NCBI GenBank assembly: GCA_963675595.2
Contig: CAXXLZ010000002.1
Span: 1,664,001-1,728,000, forward strand
Length of the DNA: 64,000 nucleotides
Reading direction: 5' to 3'
DNA from: Thermodesulfobacteriota bacterium
GTDB lineage: Bacteria; Desulfobacterota; Desulfarculia; JACQYL01
Made by a program: the position numbers and the translations under genes. Shown piece after piece: positions 60,037 through 64,000 of this stretch. Position 1 is the first letter of the stretch. Every line of letters begins with the position of its first letter. Under the pieces are notes generated by a model, which saw only the letters and a program-made list of their open reading frames with translations, ran no database searches and was not told the DNA's origin.

Positions 60037-60696
60037 ATGGGCGAAAACGACGACATCCTGGAATTGACGGAGATCGTGGAGGACGCCGAAGAGGAAGGCG
60101 TCGAAGAGGAAGCCATCCGGGAAGCTTTTGAGGCGGATGATTTTTTCTCCAATCTCGAGGAAACGGACGGAGCGTCCGTGTCCCTGGAATCCCTCGATTC
60201 AACAGCCGACCCCTCGACGGAAGACGGAGAGGAAATCGAGGCGCTGACCGAACTTGTGGAGATTCTCGAAGAAGGCAGTCTACAGCCGGCCGTCTCCGGC
60301 AAGGCTTCCTCCTCTGCGGAGGGCCGCTCGGGCAAAGTCGATATCGACCCCTTCGACGGCTTGGACAAGGTTTTAGGCGAACAACGGGAGTCCGGCGAGA
60401 AACAGGGAGCCGGGGGCCTTTCGGAGTCGGAAGACGACGAATTCGAGGGACTCGGCGACTTCAAACTAGACGTTCCTTTCCTGAAGGAAGAGAGCACAGC
60501 CCCCCCGGAGGTTTCCGGGCCCTCGAAGCGGCCGGCGGATTCCATTGAACCCGCCGTGATCGAAGCTGCCGTGGAGCGGGCCGTCAGGGAGGTACTGCCC
60601 TCCATTGCGGAAAAAGTGCTTGCCGGCACCCTCGAGAAAGTGCTTAAAGAGGAGATTTCCAGACTCGAGAAAAGAATCCGGGAACTTCAGAAGTGA
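60037..60696 (+). CDS. Acidic, low-complexity hypothetical protein (PopZ-like architecture)
   Basis: DDILELTE N-terminus, D/E-rich middle, helical C-terminus ending EEISRL; upstream of valS. Confidence 0.6.
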   Translation: MGENDDILELTEIVEDAEEEGVEEEAIREAFEADDFFSNLEETDGASVSLESLDSTADPSTEDGEEIEALTELVEILEEGSLQPAVSGKASSSAEGRSGKVDIDPFDGLDKVLGEQRESGEKQGAGGLSESEDDEFEGLGDFKLDVPFLKEESTAPPEVSGPSKRPADSIEPAVIEAAVERAVREVLPSIAEKVLAGTLEKVLKEEISRLEKRIRELQK

Positions 60697-60884
60697 GATT
60701 ATCCTGGTGATCCGAGGGTGGTCCAGGGGGGGGTCGGCAGCCGAGATCCCCTTTTGTGTTAATGGAGTTCCCCCCAACGTCGCGATCAGTTCCTTTCAGG
60801 AGGACACCCGTTACTTAACGGGATGCTTTTGTTTACGCCTCCCCGATCGATCCGGCTCGATATGCGCGAAACGCGGAGTTCAGA

Positions 60885-63536
60885 ATGTCAAATCAAGACA
60901 TGCCGAAGGCATACGATTTTAGTACGGTGGAACCCAAGTGGTACAAGTATTGGGAGGAAAACAACCTTTTCCGCGCGGAGACCGTGCGCGACAAACCCGC
61001 CTTTTCCATTGTCATCCCGCCTCCCAACGTCACCGGCTCGTTGCACATGGGCCATGCCCTGAACAACACGCTTCAGGATATTCTTTGCCGTTACAAACGT
61101 CTGAAGGGATACAACGTACTTTGGATGCCGGGAATGGACCACGCGGGAATCGCCACGCAAAACGTGGTCGAACGCAATCTCGCCGCCGAAGGTCTGGACC
61201 GTCACCAGCTCGGCAGGGAAGGTTTCATCGAACGCGTTTGGGAGTGGCGGCACGAATACGGCGGCAAGATTCTGAACCAGCTCAAACGATTGGGTTCTTC
61301 ATGCGATTGGAGCCGTGAACGCTTCACCATGGATGAAGGCCTCTCGAAAGCCGTACGCAAAGTGTTCGTGGAGCTCTACGAAGAAGGTTTGATTTACCGC
61401 GGGGACTACATCATCAACTGGTGTCCCAGATGCCGTACCGCTCTGGCGGACCTCGAAGTGGACCACCATACCCAAGAGGGCAACCTCTACCATTTGCGCT
61501 ATCCGTTCAAGAACGGCCAAGGACACGTTGTGATCGCCACAACGAGACCGGAAACCATGCTCGGCGACACCGCCGTGGCCGTGAACCCGGAAGACCCCCG
61601 ATTCCAGACGCTGGGTGATGAGGAATTGGTGCTTCCCTTGGTGGGCCGCTCTCTCAAAATTATCCGAGATTCCTATGTGGACACGGAATTCGGTACGGGG
61701 GTCCTGAAGGTAACCCCGGCCCATGACGCCAACGACTTCGTGATCGGTGAACGCCACGGCCTCGACTCCATCGTAATTATGGACGAAGATGGCCGCATGA
61801 ACGCCGAAGCGGGCTCCTATCAAGGCCTCGATCGATTCGAAGCACGAAAGAAAATTGTAGCGGACCTGGAGGCTCAGGGATTTCTGGAGAAGATCGAGCC
61901 TTACCAGCATAGTGTGGGACATTGCTACCGCTGCAAAACCATGATCGAGCCCATATTATCCAAACAGTGGTTCGTCAAGGTCGAGCCCTTGGCCAAAGCC
62001 GCCGCCGACGCGGTGCGATCCGGAGAGACCCGAATCGTTCCCAAAATGTGGGAAAAGACCTATTTCGACTGGATGGACAACATCCGCGACTGGTGCGTTT
62101 CCCGACAGATCTGGTGGGGACATCGGATTCCGGCGTGGTATTGCCGCGAGTGTGGAGAAATCGTCGTCTCCATGGAAGACCCGGATCAATGCCCACGATG
62201 CCAAGGTGAGTTGGTCCGGGAAACGGACGTGTTGGACACCTGGTTCAGTTCGGCCTTGTGGCCCTTTTCCACCATGGGTTGGCCCGATCAGGCCCCCGAG
62301 TTGGACATCTTCTACCCCACCAGCGTTTTGGTGACGGGATTCGACATCCTGTTCTTCTGGGTGGCCCGCATGATGATGATGGGGATTCATTTCATGCACG
62401 ACGTCCCCTTTAAGGACGTTTACATCCACGCTTTGGTCCGCGATGCCGAAGGCCAGAAGATGAGTAAGTCCAAGGGGAACGTCATCGACCCTCTGACCAT
62501 CATGGACCAATACGGCACCGATGCCTTCCGGTTCACCCTGGCCGCTTTCGCCGCCCAGGGACGAGACGTGCTGATGAGCGAGGAACGCGTCGAGGGCTAT
62601 CGGCACTTCGTGAACAAAGTCTGGAACGCCGCTCGGTTCGCTCTGATGAACCTCCAGGACATGGACTCGGGAGTCGCCGTCGCCCCGGAAGATCGTACGT
62701 CCGCCGACAAGTGGATTCTCAGTCGAGCCTCCAAAGTGTCCGACCAGGTTTCCGTCGCTTTGGACGAGTATCGCTTTAACGATGCGGCGGCCACGCTCTA
62801 CCACTTCGTTTGGCACGAATTTTGCGACTGGTATTTGGAGGAAGCGAAGCTGACTTTGTACGGCAAGTATCGGCCCGAAAGCCGGCCGGCCACACAGAAG
62901 ACGCTTCGGGACGTTCTTTCAGCCGTTCTAAAGATGCTCCATCCGTTCATGCCCTATGTGACGGAGGAAATATGGAGTCTGTTGCCCGGGACGGAAGGAA
63001 GCGTCATGCAGGGCGGCTACCCTCGCATGGAAGACTGGAACGACGACCAAGTGGAGGCGGAAATGGGCCTCCTGATGGAAACCGTATCCGCAGTGCGCAA
63101 CATTCGCGGCGAAATGCAGATTCCGCCTTCAAGGGAGATACAATTACGTTTCTTTTCCAACGATTCGGACTCGTTGAACAAACTTGAAACCCAAGGCGCA
63201 TACATCTCCGAGTTGTGCCGAGCCTCCGACATCCTGTGGGAGGGGTCCGGCGATCGGCCCAGAAAAGCGGCCTCGGCGGTTTGCCAGAACGTGGAAGTCT
63301 TCATTCCCCTGGAGGGTTTGATCGACTTCGACTTCGAAAAGAAACGACTGAAAAAGGAAATCGATAAAACCGGCAAGGAGTTGGGATACGCCAATAAGAA
63401 GTTGTCCAATGAGGACTTTCTTACCCGAGCACCGGAACACGTAGTCGATAAGGAACGTGAAAAGGCCAAGGAACTGGAAATCAGGTTGAAGAAGCTGGAA
63501 ACGAACTACGAGCGAATTGTCGCCATGTCTTCGTGA
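60885..63536 (+). CDS. valS: Valyl-tRNA synthetase
   Basis: PPPNVTGSLHMGH, DHAGIATQ, KMSKS, C-terminal coiled coil. Confidence 0.98.
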   Translation: MSNQDMPKAYDFSTVEPKWYKYWEENNLFRAETVRDKPAFSIVIPPPNVTGSLHMGHALNNTLQDILCRYKRLKGYNVLWMPGMDHAGIATQNVVERNLAAEGLDRHQLGREGFIERVWEWRHEYGGKILNQLKRLGSSCDWSRERFTMDEGLSKAVRKVFVELYEEGLIYRGDYIINWCPRCRTALADLEVDHHTQEGNLYHLRYPFKNGQGHVVIATTRPETMLGDTAVAVNPEDPRFQTLGDEELVLPLVGRSLKIIRDSYVDTEFGTGVLKVTPAHDANDFVIGERHGLDSIVIMDEDGRMNAEAGSYQGLDRFEARKKIVADLEAQGFLEKIEPYQHSVGHCYRCKTMIEPILSKQWFVKVEPLAKAAADAVRSGETRIVPKMWEKTYFDWMDNIRDWCVSRQIWWGHRIPAWYCRECGEIVVSMEDPDQCPRCQGELVRETDVLDTWFSSALWPFSTMGWPDQAPELDIFYPTSVLVTGFDILFFWVARMMMMGIHFMHDVPFKDVYIHALVRDAEGQKMSKSKGNVIDPLTIMDQYGTDAFRFTLAAFAAQGRDVLMSEERVEGYRHFVNKVWNAARFALMNLQDMDSGVAVAPEDRTSADKWILSRASKVSDQVSVALDEYRFNDAAATLYHFVWHEFCDWYLEEAKLTLYGKYRPESRPATQKTLRDVLSAVLKMLHPFMPYVTEEIWSLLPGTEGSVMQGGYPRMEDWNDDQVEAEMGLLMETVSAVRNIRGEMQIPPSREIQLRFFSNDSDSLNKLETQGAYISELCRASDILWEGSGDRPRKAASAVCQNVEVFIPLEGLIDFDFEKKRLKKEIDKTGKELGYANKKLSNEDFLTRAPEHVVDKEREKAKELEIRLKKLETNYERIVAMSS

Positions 63537-63801
63537 CGGGTAAGACAATCGAGCCCTCCTCGCGGAGTATCCACTGAAACCGGTCTTCGGAGTTCCGAAA
63601 AACGGCAAAGAAAGACCGATAGGTAGGACTCTTCGCGAGGATTCACCGCTGGAAGCTCCAACCAGGTCACCCGCTTAGTCCACCGGAATTCCTCGATTCA
63701 ACGCTTCCTACCCCGGTAGTGGGAAAATGATCGTGAAACCGAGAAGTGCCGACTTTCCTTCGGCCGTCGGCGCACGGCAACCGTGAGGACCCACGGCATA
63801 A

Positions 63802-63952
63802 CGGCCCGTTGGAAAAGGCCGCTTGCCACGGGCCGGTGAAGAACGATGATATGCGCGGCGGGCGGATCCCGAGCAATGAGGCGCACGTAGATTTACGTCG
63901 CAGTGACGAGGGATGAAGCGCAATCCTGTAGACCGCGTTTTCCAACGGCCTG
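63802..63952. repeat. MITE-like element with terminal inverted repeats
   Basis: CGGCCCGTTGGAAAA ... TTTTCCAACGGCCTG enclosing ~120 bp of non-coding, partly palindromic DNA. Confidence 0.6.
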
Positions 63953-64000
63953 ATTTGGGACGGTTTTCGGTGTTCCACCGCAAACCGGTCGGTGATTCGG

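Noticed and set aside
1-64000. CRISPR array or cas genes near the WYL regulators
   Set aside because: No regularly spaced repeat-spacer series or Cas motifs were seen

Overview
Positions 1 to ~48,090 are the right-hand part of a large genomic island inserted at the 3' end of a tRNA-Arg(ACG) gene (48093-48168, - strand); the left junction is not in this window. Positions ~48,170-64,000 are ordinary chromosome, probably of a Desulfobacterota/deltaproteobacterium (ZIP and MFS transporters, HdrD-like Fe-S protein, moeA, mobB, glycosyltransferase, response regulator, lptG, dGTPase, valS). The island has five parts. (i) A two-WYL module: double-AAA ATPase, WYL, tandem GGCT, ARPP-1/DUF6569, WYL, atypical UDG-fold protein. 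A 19-23 bp palindrome, CRTTCC-GNAATCT-GGAAYG, precedes three of its transcription units, each time exactly 9 nt upstream of a TAnnnT -10 box; a fourth promoter has the same geometry with different arms. This is the most promising undescribed system here. (ii) An Azaca-like DUF6361-like/PLD/SNF2 operon. (iii) An SNF2-DUF4391-type III R-M-RloC-like operon. (iv) Two apparently related HExxH proteins, one behind an ECF sigma/zinc anti-sigma pair. (v) A compact mobility core: HerA/FtsK ATPase fused to a nuclease-like domain, small membrane genes, and xis overlapping a tyrosine integrase. Four complete IS elements (three inside genes), one nonsense codon and one homopolymer frameshift break several genes; the three IS-split reading frames can be rebuilt exactly. 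All family calls come from reading motifs by eye; no database searches were run.
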